From: Squalus acanthias
Taxonomy: Eukaryota
Reading direction: 5' to 3'
DNA: 64,000 nucleotides
NCBI GenBank assembly: GCA_030390025.1
Contig: CM059432.1
Location: 34,660,001-34,724,000 of the forward strand
In this document: positions 51,801-60,444 of the stretch, in pieces
How the letters are laid out: every line of letters begins with the position of its first letter
How positions within the stretch are numbered: position 1 is the stretch's first letter
Notes under the pieces: generated by a model
Seen by the model: only the letters and a program-made list of their open reading frames with translations
Told to the model about the DNA's origin: nothing
Database searches by the model: none
Made by a program: the position numbers and the translations under genes

Positions 51801-54800
51801 ACAGAGAGCTGGCACGGACTCGATGGGCCGAATGGCCTCCTTTTGTGCCGTTATGACTCTATGACTTCCGGTTATAACAGAGGTGGGATGGGGGCGGGCA
51901 ACCAACCCGCTCGCAGGAGGTGGGCTGATCATTTAAATATTATAATTAGGCTGCGTGCCTCAGAATTAACCACCATTTTAAATTTAACCCTGGCTGGCCG
52001 GATTTCTTGGGTCTCGGGAAACCCGGAGGCTGGTGAGGCGTGGACCGCTGGATTCAGCAGGTGAGTGTCTTTCCATTTACCTGCTCGATCCAGTTTACTT
52101 GCTTCAACCACCCCCCATGATCGGACACCGCCCTGACCCTTCCGATCTCTACCTTTGGCCTCCGGTCTCCCTTCTGCTCCAGATCCCGATCTTTCCCCGA
52201 GCCCGGCCTCCGATCTCCCCTCTGCTCCTGACCCTGATCTTCCCACCCCCCCTCTGGCCTCTCCGATCTCTCCCTCCCTCCTCTCTGTTCGCAGGCTGCG
52301 GCCTGGTGCCGAAGGCCTAATAAAAAAAATCCTTGCATTTATATAGTGACTTTCATGACTTAAGGACTTCCCAAAGCGCTTTACAGCTAATTATGTACTT
52401 TTTTGAAGTGTAGTCACTATTGTAATGTAGGAAACGGCCTACCTGCCTGACAGCCAGCCAGCTAGCCTCTCAATCTGGCTGGCTGCAGCCGGGAAACGGA
52501 GACAAAAATTAGTAATCAGGTCCTGCTGTTAAATTCGACAGGGCCTGAGGGAAACCCGTTCTTCCGGGTTTCCCGATCGCAATATTGCCCACCTACTCCT
52601 TCCTGGCATCCGAGATAAGATTGGGCCCTGAATGTCTACGGCCTTCCCAGTGGACTCCGGCAATAACTTCGGTGGGGGTCTGCGGAAAAGGCAGAAACCT
52701 AGGCCGGGATGTGGATACGCCGGGTCCCAGCCTAGCGCCCAGAGTTCTGGGATGGCCTTGTGTGGTGGGATGAGGTTCTGGGACCCCAAATGTCGGATAA
52801 GAATTATCAGTCAATCCAGTGAGATATTTTGGTACTACCTGGAGGCTTCAGGCTGGGATTGTGACCCCTGAAAACTGGGGACCATGTTTTTTGTTACATT
52901 CTTTATATGAGAGGATCGCTGGGCCCAATTACACCATGTTTCTGGGAGGAGCAGTTTGACAGCCCCGCTCTCCTTAAACTGGGCACTTTCTCCGGACTTT
53001 CCCTCTTGGTTGGTACGACGGGCATCCCAGATGTCCCTCTAGTGTTTGGGGGTGCCCACCGAAAGTAGGGAAATGATGGAATCTCTGCCTGACCCACAAA
53101 CTTTGCCGAGATCGTAGTGGAGGTTTGGAGAGAGCTTATCTCAGCACTAATGCCAAAATGCGGCCATTGCTCCTTCGCATTTCAGGAGTAGCAACCTTTC
53201 TTTATCTTTTTCCAACTGTCTCTTGGCTGCTTTTCTGACATTTTCAAACTGTCCTTTCTCATGAGATTCTCTAAATACAAACTGCCTTCTTTAAGAGAAT
53301 GTTCCAACAGCTCATGAGATTCTCAGTGCCCAGTTTAGGGAGAACGGGGCTGTCGAACTGCTCCTCCCAGAAACATGGTGTAATTGGGCCCAGCGACCCT
53401 CTCATATAGGGGCAAACTTTAAAGAATGTAACAGAAAACATGGTCCCCAGTTTTCAGGAGTCACAATCCCAGCCTGAAGCCTCCAGGTAGTACCAAAATA
53501 TCTCACTGGATTGACTGATAATTCTTATCCGACATTTGGGGTTCCAGAACCTCAGCCCCACCACACAAGGCCATCCCAGAACTCTGGGCGCTAGGCTGGG
53601 ACCCGGCATATCCACATCCCGGCCTAGGCTTCTGCCTTTTCCGCAGACCCCCATATCTTTCATATCCCAGCAAAACAGTTGCCCAGACATCCCAAATTTT
53701 GAATACCTGACCTCTCAAATTCATAAAGGAACTATCAGTCAAAACAATCAGACCCAATTACAAAAACTGTTGATATTGAGCATTGATTCACTATCAAGCC
53801 TGTCACCAAGGAGATTGCAGCAATGAACCTCACAATGCTACATCGGGAGAAGCCTAGTATAAGACTCTGGCTTTGACTGGCTGTTAAACTGCTGGGACAT
53901 TGTAATGGGTGAGCAGGACTTGGTGCGGGATGGGCTTAAGTTTACAGAGAGTGGAGGATGGGAGGCCAGCCAGGAGACCATGGGAATAGTCAAGTCTGGA
54001 GGTGACAAAGGCATGGATAAGGGTTTCAGCAGCAGATGGACTGAGGTAGGGGCAGAAGCGGGCGATGTTAAATGGGTCTTTTTAATGGAGAGGATATGGT
54101 GTTGGAACCTTACCTCAGGGTTGAATAGGACACTGAGGTTTCAAACAGCCTGGTTCATCCTGGAACTGTCCGGGGGGGAGGGGGATAGAATTGCCGGCTC
54201 TGATATGGTGTTTGTGGTGAGAGCTGATGACCAAGAGCTGAATCTTAACTCCCAAAAACGGGTGGGTTGGTTTCGGGTCAGGGGTTAAATTTCAAAAAAT
54301 CTAACACAGGAAACCAACACGCCTCGAACCTGCCTTCTTCCGGTTTTAACAAAGGTGTGATGAGAGGCGGCTGACCAATCCGCTCTCAGGAGTTTGGTTG
54401 GTCATTTAAATATTATAATAAGGCTGCCTGCTTTCATTTAAACAGTCATTCTATTTTTAACTCATGTCGGCCGGTTTTCCTGGGCATCGGGAATCACGGC
54501 AGGTGAAAGGAGGCGAGAAGGGTTGAATCCATAGGCCTTTACAGTCCTTCTTGTGGATCAAGAGGAGCAGGAGTGTTTCCTCCAGGCCCAACAAGCTACC
54601 CAGTAAATCCCCCCCCACCCCCGCTATATGTCTGCTCCACCCTCCCCCCAACATCTGCACCCCTCCCACCCTCCCGACAACCATCGGACCCCCTGACCAC
54701 CATCAAACTCCCCTTCGACCACCACTGGAGCCTCCCCCGCCATTGGACACCCCCGACCACCATCTGCCCCCAACCCCGCGATCGGAACCACCCCCCTCCC

Positions 54801-57342
54801 CCCGTGATCGCCCCCCAACCCCCCCAATGCTCCACGATCGTCCCCACCACCACGATCTCTCCCACCCCCCACTAGACCTACCTGCTCTCAGCCCAGCTCA
54901 GCTGTGGCCTTGTACTGTAGGAGTTCCCGCCCGACAGGCCTCCAGCCTGTCAATCAGGCAGGCTGTGGGTGGGAAACCTACGGAAAAAAATTTTAAGATG
55001 TATTTGGAAAACCCGTACTTCCGGGTTTCCTGACCTCAAAACAGCCCCCCACCCCCACACGGAACGCGCCTCCGAGCTAAAATCCAGGCCAATGGCTTTG
55101 TTCTTCCCAATGTTCAGCTGGATGAATTTGTGGCTCATCCAATATTAAAAACATGGCATTTGAAATAGCAATAAATGGCAAATTAAATTCAATATAGCGA
55201 AGTTCAGGGGTGATGTCAGGAAGCACTTATTCACACAAAGGGTAGTAGAAATCAGGAACTCTCTCCCTCACAAAACTGTTGAGACTAGTTCAATTGAAAA
55301 TTTCCAACCTGAGATTGATAGATTTTTGTTAGGTAAGGGTATTATGGGGTCTGGGGCAATGGCGGGTAAATGGAGTTGCGGTACAGATCTAATTGAATGG
55401 CAGAACAGGCTCAAGGGACCGAATGGTCTACTTCTATGTTCCTATAACTGTGAGGTGGTTCATTTTGGCAATTTGGGGAATGAAAGAGGCCACGTATTCC
55501 TTGGAAGGTAAGAAACTAAATGGGGGAGAGGAGCAAAGAGATCTGGGAATAAAAAAATATAAATCGCTAAAAGTAGCAACACAAGTTGTTTACGGGACTC
55601 ACAGGAAGGCAGCGGGATTGGAGCGGATGATTTGCCACCCTATTTTAACTGCCCCTCTTGCCTAGTTATCGCCAGGCGGGGGGAGTTAAAATCAAGGCCA
55701 GGAAAGTAGAGCAGCAAGAAACAGGAGCCAATGAATCAGTCTATTATTTTATTTGTGGGGGGGTCACAGTGTATGTGATTGACTGTTATAGTTTTCAGAT
55801 CATCTCCATTGGTTATATTCTCTCATGTACAAAGTGTTCAACACTTCAAAAAATATCGACAGATATAATGAGAGAACTTTAAAATTTCACGCTGCCGGCA
55901 GTGACCTCTGCCCAGCTCCACCCCTCCAATCCGTACGCACAGCAAGATCCCACAAACAGCAATGTGATAATGACCAGATAATCTTTTTTAATGATGTTGT
56001 TTGAGGAATATATATTGGCCAGGACTCCCCAGCTCTTCGTCGAAACAGCATCATGTGATCATTTAAGTCTGCCTGAGAGGGCAGATAGGGCCTCTGTTTA
56101 ACGTCTCATCTGAAAAACGACACCTCCAACAATGCAGCACTCCTTCAGTGCTACACTGGAGTGTCAACAACAACAACTTGCATTTATATAGTGCTTTTAA
56201 CATAGTAAAATGTCCCAAGGCACTTCACAGGAGCGTTATCAAACAAAATTTGACACCGAAGCACATAAGGAGATATTAGGACAGATGACCAAAAGTTTGG
56301 TCAAAGAGGGAGGTTTTAAGGAGCGTCTTAAAGGAGGATAGAGAGATGGATGGTTTAGGGAGAGAATTCCAGAGTTTAGGGCCTGGGCAGCTGAAGGCAC
56401 GGCCACCAATGGTGGAGTGATTAAAATCGGGGATGCGCAAGAGGCCAGAATTGGAGGAGCTCAGAGATCTCGGAGGGTTGTCGGGCTGGAGGGGGTTACA
56501 GAGAGAGGGAGGAGTGAGGCCATGGAGGGATTTGAAAATAAGGATGAGCATTTTAAAATCAAGGCGTTGCCAGACCGGGAGCCAATGTAAGTCAGCGAGC
56601 AGAGGGGTGATGGGTGAACAGAACTTGGTGCGAGTTAGCATATGGGCAGCAGAGTCTTGGATGAGCTCAAGTTTACGTCGGAAGATGGGAGGCCCGTCAG
56701 GAGAGCATTGGAATAGTCAAGTCTAGAGGTAAGAAGTGCATGGATGAAGGTTTCAGCAGTAGATGAGCTTGAAATTATATGCTCAAGTTTCTGGAGTGGG
56801 GCTTGAACCCACAACTTTCTGACTCAGAGGCAAGAAGGCTGCTAGGAGCCATGGCTAACATATAAAAGGTCATTCGGTCCATCGACTTTGCCCCTCTGGA
56901 ACCCCAACACCCCAAGCCGAGCATTCAACTACATTTTAGGCTCCCCCTACAGTCTTTGATTTCCTACCCTGATCAATTATTCCACAGGTTTTAAATTTGC
57001 TGCCCCTCAATAGAAATGTTTTGCCATCTTCTCCTACAGGCTCGACTCAAAATGTGACGTGTTGTGGTCACTCTGTCTGTACCATTTCATTTTTTTTCCT
57101 TCCACAACTCAAAAAGCTTTTTTCGTTGCTGTATCCTCTGACTTAGTCTCGATCTCTCACTGAGAGAAAGAAAGTATTGAACCCTTTTCAGTTCCCCATC
57201 CTGTCTCCCTTTCACCTTCTGACCCCCCTCCCCATCCCAGCACTCACCTCACTTTCAAATTCGCCAAGAACTCCTCAATGGTAAGGCTATCCAATAAGAC
57301 AAAGTCGGCTTTGCCGAACTCCAAGCTCTCATGCTCAGCCAT
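646..57342 (-). CDS. MYO1G: Unconventional myosin class I (myosin-Ig-like), spliced coding exons 1-11 (motor domain N-terminal part); gene continues past the window start
   Basis: Eleven GT-AG exons (95, 209, 94, 166, 54, 96, 117, 207, 146, 115, 171 nt) join in frame. They encode P-loop GESGAGKT, switch [11 protein letters not shown], switch II DIYGFE and relay [15 protein letters not shown]. Residues [31 protein letters not shown] and HYTSR favour MYO1G over MYO1D (compared from memory). Confidence 0.85.
946..1310 (+). mobile_element. Degraded CR1 LINE RT fragment
   Basis: Decayed QGSVLG and [10 protein letters not shown]...WQMEFN motifs. Confidence 0.7.
2060..2567. mobile_element. Harbinger-type MITE (degenerate)
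   Basis: Imperfect TIRs GGCCTGAATTCTCCCC / GGGAAAGAATCCCGACC around a GC-rich interior; no clear TSD. Confidence 0.45.
2691..2805 (-). CDS. MYO1G: Myosin I coding exon 10 (relay helix)
   Basis: [38 protein letters not shown]; donor GTAAGT. Confidence 0.95.
4170..4510. repeat. Degenerate ~30-bp tandem repeat
   Basis: Recurring ctcctgctggtctc(c)ctgacctgaa(g)ccc-like units. Confidence 0.6.
4763..4908 (-). CDS. MYO1G: Myosin I coding exon 9 (switch II)
   Basis: [48 protein letters not shown]; acceptor tttgcAG, donor GTACAG. Confidence 0.95.
5324..7192 (+). pseudogene. Harbinger Myb/SANT DNA-binding protein gene, 3 exons (5324-5566, 5794-5957, 6114-7192), frameshifted
   Basis: [16 protein letters not shown]...[29 protein letters not shown] is a Myb/SANT-like signature; GT-AG introns; exon 2 contains the RTGGG motif. 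Confidence 0.85.
7324..8444 (-). pseudogene. Harbinger (HARBI1-like) DDE transposase, disrupted
   Basis: Motifs [11 protein letters not shown](D>Y)[23 protein letters not shown] across shifted frames. Confidence 0.9.
9090..9531. repeat. 25-bp minisatellite, ~18 copies
   Basis: Unit TGTTCTCACCACGTGATACCCGGCC. Confidence 0.95.
10057..10708 (+). mobile_element. LINE (CR1/L2 group) 3' fragment
   Basis: [11 protein letters not shown]...[11 protein letters not shown]...[15 protein letters not shown]-terminus, ending GAATAAAAAAA; same family as 58156-62217. Confidence 0.85.
11244..11458 (-). mobile_element. Penelope-like element terminal fragment forming a palindrome
   Basis: Inverted arms spanning 11283-11458; 12-bp flanking direct repeat TTTGTTTAACAG (11232-11243, 11454-11465); family assignment from the hammerhead motif and inverted-terminus architecture. 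Confidence 0.7.
11339..11374 (-). ncRNA. Minimal type I hammerhead ribozyme-like motif
   Basis: Minus strand reads CAC-CUGACGA-A-GGAGC-AGCA-GCUCC-GAAA-GC-UU-GUG; activity untested. Confidence 0.6.
12938..14825 (+). pseudogene. Harbinger Myb/SANT gene copy 2 (exons 12938-13180, 13407-13569, 13721-14825)
   Basis: Myb/SANT exon intact; second donor mutated GT>AT; premature TAG at the start of exon 3. Confidence 0.85.
14990..16096 (-). pseudogene. Harbinger DDE transposase copy 2, disrupted
   Basis: [47 protein letters not shown]; frameshift and internal deletion. Confidence 0.9.
16580..16822 (+). pseudogene. Retroviral/LTR-retroelement integrase core relic
   Basis: Manual translation: [15 protein letters not shown] ... 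DNDNG ... [31 protein letters not shown]. Confidence 0.65.
16836..16972 (-). mobile_element. tRNA-derived SINE head (SacSINE1/DeuSINE-like)
   Basis: A-box TGGCTCAGTGGG and B-box GGTTCAAGTCCC on the minus strand; related copies elsewhere in the window. Confidence 0.75.
17066..17272 (-). CDS. MYO1G: Myosin I coding exon 8
   Basis: [10 protein letters not shown]...[32 protein letters not shown]; acceptor tttcacAG, donor GTAAAG. Confidence 0.93.
17700..18379. mobile_element. Harbinger family A-related MITE
   Basis: TIRs GGGGGAAAAATTC / CAGTTTCTCCCC; TSD AAT; many GGCGCTA motifs; no ORF. Confidence 0.85.
19425..19541 (-). CDS. MYO1G: Myosin I coding exon 7
   Basis: [39 protein letters not shown]; acceptor tttccAG, donor GTGAGG. 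Confidence 0.93.
20366..20730. repeat. 29-bp minisatellite, ~12 copies
   Basis: Unit CTTCCACAGCCCTGATACCCTGTGAGGTC. Confidence 0.95.
22319..22846 (+). mobile_element. CR1 LINE 3' end
   Basis: [15 protein letters not shown]...RRMRGDLIE...[14 protein letters not shown], then a 3' UTR ending TATGTTCTTATG. Confidence 0.9.
22897..23668. mobile_element. Harbinger family A-related MITE, inverted relative to 17700-18379
   Basis: TIRs GGGGGAAAAATTCA / TCAATTTTTACCCC; GC-rich; GGCGCTA motifs; TSD not clear. Confidence 0.8.
23749..23844 (-). CDS. MYO1G: Myosin I coding exon 6
   Basis: [32 protein letters not shown]; acceptor ttttcAG, donor GTAAGT. Confidence 0.9.
24206..24529 (+). mobile_element. Deu-domain SINE body and tail (SacSINE1/AmnSINE1-like)
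   Basis: GTCTTTCGGATGAGAC..AAACC.AGGCCCC core through GGCGCTATATAAATGCAAGTCTTTC tail. Confidence 0.8.
26860..28558 (-). mobile_element. CR1 LINE, 5'-truncated, with a long open RT segment
   Basis: ORF 27314-28582: [35 protein letters not shown]; (TTTCTATG)n tail. Confidence 0.95.
28793..29272 (+). mobile_element. Short CR1 3' fragments
   Basis: [17 protein letters not shown]...FTQRVV and CR1-type 3' UTR. Confidence 0.8.
29919..29972 (-). CDS. MYO1G: Myosin I coding exon 5
   Basis: [18 protein letters not shown]; acceptor ctgcacAG, donor GTAACA. Confidence 0.93.
30380..31336. mobile_element. Harbinger-type MITE
   Basis: TIRs GGCCGGAATTTTC / GATAATTCTGGCC; TSD TGA. Confidence 0.8.
31360..33122. 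mobile_element. Harbinger family C deletion derivative
   Basis: TIRs GGCCGCGATTTT / AAAATCGCAGCC; TSD AGT; decayed Myb-like exon (~31640-31880, +) and a low-complexity stretch resembling a transposase N-terminus (~32340-32580, -). Confidence 0.75.
33460..33625 (-). CDS. MYO1G: Myosin I coding exon 4 (switch I)
   Basis: [59 protein letters not shown] boundaries. Confidence 0.95.
34585..34999 (+). mobile_element. L2-type LINE 3' end
   Basis: STIGGRA...[18 protein letters not shown], ending GTTGTTGT; related copies at 33910-34250 (-), 56166-56770 (-) and 2965-3290 (+). Confidence 0.75.
35070..35163 (-). CDS. MYO1G: Myosin I coding exon 3 (P-loop)
   Basis: Acceptor ttttc[33 protein letters not shown]; donor GTAAGA. 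Confidence 0.95.
36227..37097. mobile_element. Harbinger family A-related internal-deletion derivative nested in another MITE (~35880-37420)
   Basis: Starts GGGGGAGAAATTCA, ends CCCCC; TSD TAA; retains the Myb start MESTRERA. Confidence 0.8.
39070..39682. mobile_element. Harbinger family B MITE
   Basis: TIRs GGGCTGGATTT / AAAATCCAGCCC; TSD TAT. Confidence 0.9.
40072..42025 (+). pseudogene. Harbinger family B Myb/SANT gene (3 exons), disrupted in exon 3
   Basis: [22 protein letters not shown]...WIQVAEEV...[15 protein letters not shown]; exon 2 [16 protein letters not shown]; exon 3 coiled-coil-like with a stop and frameshift. Confidence 0.8.
42780..44231 (+). mobile_element. LTR-like insertion (possible solo LTR)
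   Basis: Begins TGTAG, ends CTACA; AATAAA near 44074; host transposon sequence resumes right after; left boundary uncertain and no TSD found. Confidence 0.5.
45594..46437. mobile_element. Harbinger family B-related MITE
   Basis: TIRs GGGCAGAATTTT / AAAATCCAGCCC; TSD AAT. Confidence 0.85.
46806..47075 (-). repeat. 33-34-bp tandem repeat x8 derived from the exon 2/intron 2 junction
   Basis: Unit (+) CTCACCTGATATTACAATGCAGGTGTCCTTGGCT; the last unit overlaps exon 2. Confidence 0.95.
47047..47255 (-). CDS. MYO1G: Myosin I coding exon 2
   Basis: Acceptor cctat[22 protein letters not shown]...[29 protein letters not shown]; donor CAG|GTGAGA. Confidence 0.95.
48116..48285. mobile_element. Short MITE with ~34-bp TIRs
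   Basis: GGGGCTAATTTTAACCTGATTCACCCAGTGGGAAA ... TTTCCCACCGGGCGACTCAGGTTAAAATGGCCCC. Confidence 0.75.
48308..52628. mobile_element. Harbinger-type MITE split by a CR1 insertion
   Basis: Ends AGGGGGAATTTTA / TAAGATTGGGCCC; TSD TGA; the two halves join to match the related element at 54235-55089. Confidence 0.75.
48411..51865 (+). mobile_element. Near full-length CR1 LINE (partial SGNH-esterase ORF1 plus APE-RT ORF2), degraded
   Basis: [16 protein letters not shown] (ORF1); YRPPNS..GNFNYP (endonuclease); KFADDTKL (RT); many stops. Confidence 0.92.
52673..53653. repeat. Long inverted repeat: arms 52673-52987 and 53325-53653, ~337-bp spacer
   Basis: Arms are reverse complements with scattered substitutions and one 13-nt indel. 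Confidence 0.95.
54235..55089. mobile_element. Harbinger-type MITE inserted in an L2 fragment
   Basis: Ends GAGCTGAATCTTA / TAAAATCCAGGC(C); probable TSD CAA. Confidence 0.7.
57248..57342 (-). CDS. MYO1G: Myosin I coding exon 1
   Basis: ATG at 57342; [32 protein letters not shown]; donor AG|GTGAGT. Confidence 0.92.
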
Positions 57343-57600
57343 TCTCTTAGACAGGCGTGGTGTGAGCCTGCCGGTTAGGAAGTGGTATGAGCTCAGCCGA
57401 GGCTTCTTCCTTTTAATGCACTGACTGACAAGCGTGGTAATCGCCCGGAAGGCACCAGGGTTCCAATCAGCTGGGACTCTTCTTGCACAGTCATAATCTG
57501 TGGTTACAGCTTGTTTCCCCTCAACTACCTTAAGTCAGTGTTGCTAGACACGGCACAAAACCTACTGAATCAGGAAGTTAAGCTTGTCAGGGCGATAAAG
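57343..57600 (-). promoter_or_regulatory. Putative 5' UTR/proximal promoter of the myosin gene
   Basis: Non-repetitive DNA upstream of the ATG with ETS-type cores (AGGAAGTG 57377, CCGGAAG 57445, CAGGAAGT 57571), CCAATCAG 57463 and RUNX consensus TGTGGTT 57499; TSS not determinable. Confidence 0.45.
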
Positions 57601-57681
57601 GAATTTTTTTTTGTTCATGTAAGGTTCCCATGGGAAAAGTTTGATATTCAACCCCCCTCCCCTTCAACAATTTTGTCACCT

Positions 57682-58085
57682 TCTGAGCACTCTCGCCTTT
57701 GCGTCTCAAAGTTGTAGGTTCAAGTCCCACACCAGAATCTTGAACACATAATCTAGACTGACATTTCAGTGCAGTACTGAGGGAGTGCTGCACTGTTGGA
57801 GATGACATCTTTCAGATGAGATGTTAAACCGAGGCCACGTCTGCCCTCTCAGGTGGATGTTAAAAATCCCACGTCACTATTTCAAAGAAGAGCAGGGGAG
57901 TTCTTTCCAATGCCCAGGCCAACAGTTAGCCCTCAAACAACATCACTAAAACAGATTATCTGGGCATTTATTTCATTCTTGCTTGTGAGACCTTGCTGTG
58001 TGCAAATTGGCTTCTGCACTGGCTGACTTTGCAACAGTGATTGCACTTCCAAAGTACTAATTGGCTGTAAAGTGAATTCCTTTCA
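57682..58085 (+). mobile_element. Near full-length Deu-domain SINE upstream of the myosin gene
   Basis: B-box GGTTCAAGTCCC followed by the same core as 24206-24529. Confidence 0.8.
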
Positions 58086-60444
58086 GATGTCTTCTCTCTT
58101 TCTATCCTTTCTTGTTTTCTTTCTTCTCCCCTAAAACCTGGGGTAAAGGTGTACATTTTTTTTTATTCGTTCATGGGATGTGGGCATCGCTGGCAAGGCC
58201 AGCATTTATTGCCCATCCCTAATTGCCCTTGAGAAGGTGGTTGTGATCCGCCTTCTTGAGCCGCCTTCTTGAACTGCTGCAGTCCGTGTGGTGAAGGTAC
58301 TACCACAATGCTGTTAGGGAGGGAGTTCCAGGATTTTGACCCAGTGACGATGAAGGAATGGCAATATATTTCCAAGTCAGGATGGTGTGTGACTTGGAGG
58401 GGAATTTGGAGGTGGTGGTGTTCCCATGCACCTGCTGGACTTGTCCTTTTAGGTGGTAAAGGTCGTGGGTTTTGGAGGTGCTGTCAAAGAAGCCTTGTCG
58501 AGTTGCTGCAGTGCATCTTGTAGATGGTACACACTGCTGCCACGGTACGCCAGTGGTGGAGGGAGTGAATGTTTAAGGTGGTGGATGGGTGCCAATCAAG
58601 CGGGCTACTTTGTCCTGGATGGTGTCGAGCTTCTTGAGCGTTGTTGGAGCTGCACTCATCCAGGTAAGTGGAGAGTATTCCATCACACTCCTGACTTGTG
58701 CCTTGTAGATGGTGGAAAGGCTTTGGGGAGTCAGGAAGTGAGACACTTGTCGCAGAATACCCAGCCTTTGACCTGCTCTTGTAGCCACAGTATTTATGTG
58801 GCTGGTCCAGTTAAGTTTCTGGTCCAGGATGTTGATGTTGGGGGATTCAGCGATGGTAATGCCATTGAATGTCAAGGGGCAGTGGTTAGATGCTCTCTTG
58901 TTGGAGATAGTCATTGCCTGGCACTTGTGTGGCGTAAATATTACTTGCCACTTATCAGCCCAAGCCTGAATGTCGTCCAGGTCTTGCTGCATGCGGGCAT
59001 AGAGTGCTTCATTATCTGAGGAGTTGCGAATGGAACTAAATACTGTGCAATCATAATGAACATCCCCACTTCTGACATTATGATGGAGGAAAGGTCATTG
59101 ATGAAGCAGCTGAAGATGGTTGGGCCTAGGACACTGCCCTGAGGAACTCCTGCAGCGATGTCCTGGGGCTGAGATAATTGGCGTCCAACCACCACTACCA
59201 TCTTCCTTTGTGCTAGGTATGACTCCAGCCAGTGGAGCGTTTTCCCCGATTCCCATTGACTTCAATTTTACTATGGCTCCTTGATGCCACGCTCGGTCAA
59301 ATGCTGCCTTGATGTCAAGGGCAGTCACTCTCACCTCACTCTGGAATTTAGCTCTTCTGTCCATGTTTAGACCAAGGCTGTAATGAGGTCTGGAGCTGAG
59401 TGGTCTTGGCGGAACCCAAACAGAGGATCGGTGAGCAGGTTATTGGTGAGTAACTGCTGCTTGATAGCACTGTCGACGACACCTTCCATCACTTTGCTGA
59501 CGATTGAGAGTAGACTGATGGGGTGGTAATTGGCCTGATTGGATTTGTCCTGCTTTTTGTGGACAGGACATACCTGGGCAGTTTTCAACATTGTCGGGTA
59601 GATGCCAGTGTTGTAGCTGTACTGGAACAGCTTGGCTAGAGGCGCAGCTAGTTCTGGAGCACAAGTCTTCAGCACTACAGCCGAGATATTGTCGGGGCCC
59701 ATAGCCTTTGCAGTATCCAGTGCGCTCAGCCGTTTCTTGATATCACGTGGTATGAATCGAATTGGCTGAAGACTGGCTTCTGTGATGGTGGGAACCTCGG
59801 GAGGAGGCCGAGATGGATCATCCACTCGGCACTTCTGAATGAAGATGGTTGCAAACGCTTCAACCTTGTCTTTTGCACTCGCGTGCTGGGCCCCGCCATC
59901 ATTGAGGATGGGGATATTCATGGAGCTTCCTTCTCCCGTTAGTTGTTTAATGGTCCACCACCATTCATGACTGGATGTGGCCGGACTGCAGAGTTTTAAT
60001 CTGATCTGTTGGTTGTGGGATCGCTTAGCTCTGTCTGCATGCTGCGTCTGTTGTTTATCATGCATGTAGTCCCGTGTTGCACCTTCCCCGGTTTGGCACC
60101 TCATTTTCAGGTAGGCCTGGTGCTGCTTCTGGCATGCTCTTCTGGCTTGATGTTAATGGTAGTGTGAGGGATATGCCGGGCCATGAGGTTACAGATTGTG
60201 GTGGTATACAATCCTGCTGCTGCTGATGGCCCACAGCGCCTCATGGATGCCCAATTTTGAGCTGCTAGATCTGTTCTGTGTCTATCCCATTTAGCACGGT
60301 GGTAGTGCCACACAACATGATGGAGGGTGTCCTCAGTGTGAAGACGGGAATTTGTCTCCACAAGGACTGTGTGGTGGTCACTGCTATCAATACTGTCATA
60401 AAAGATGCATCTGTGACAGGTACATTGGTGAGGACAAGGTCAAC

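Noticed and set aside
646..57342. MYO1D as the gene name
   Set aside because: More diagnostic positions match MYO1G; not formally excluded without a phylogeny
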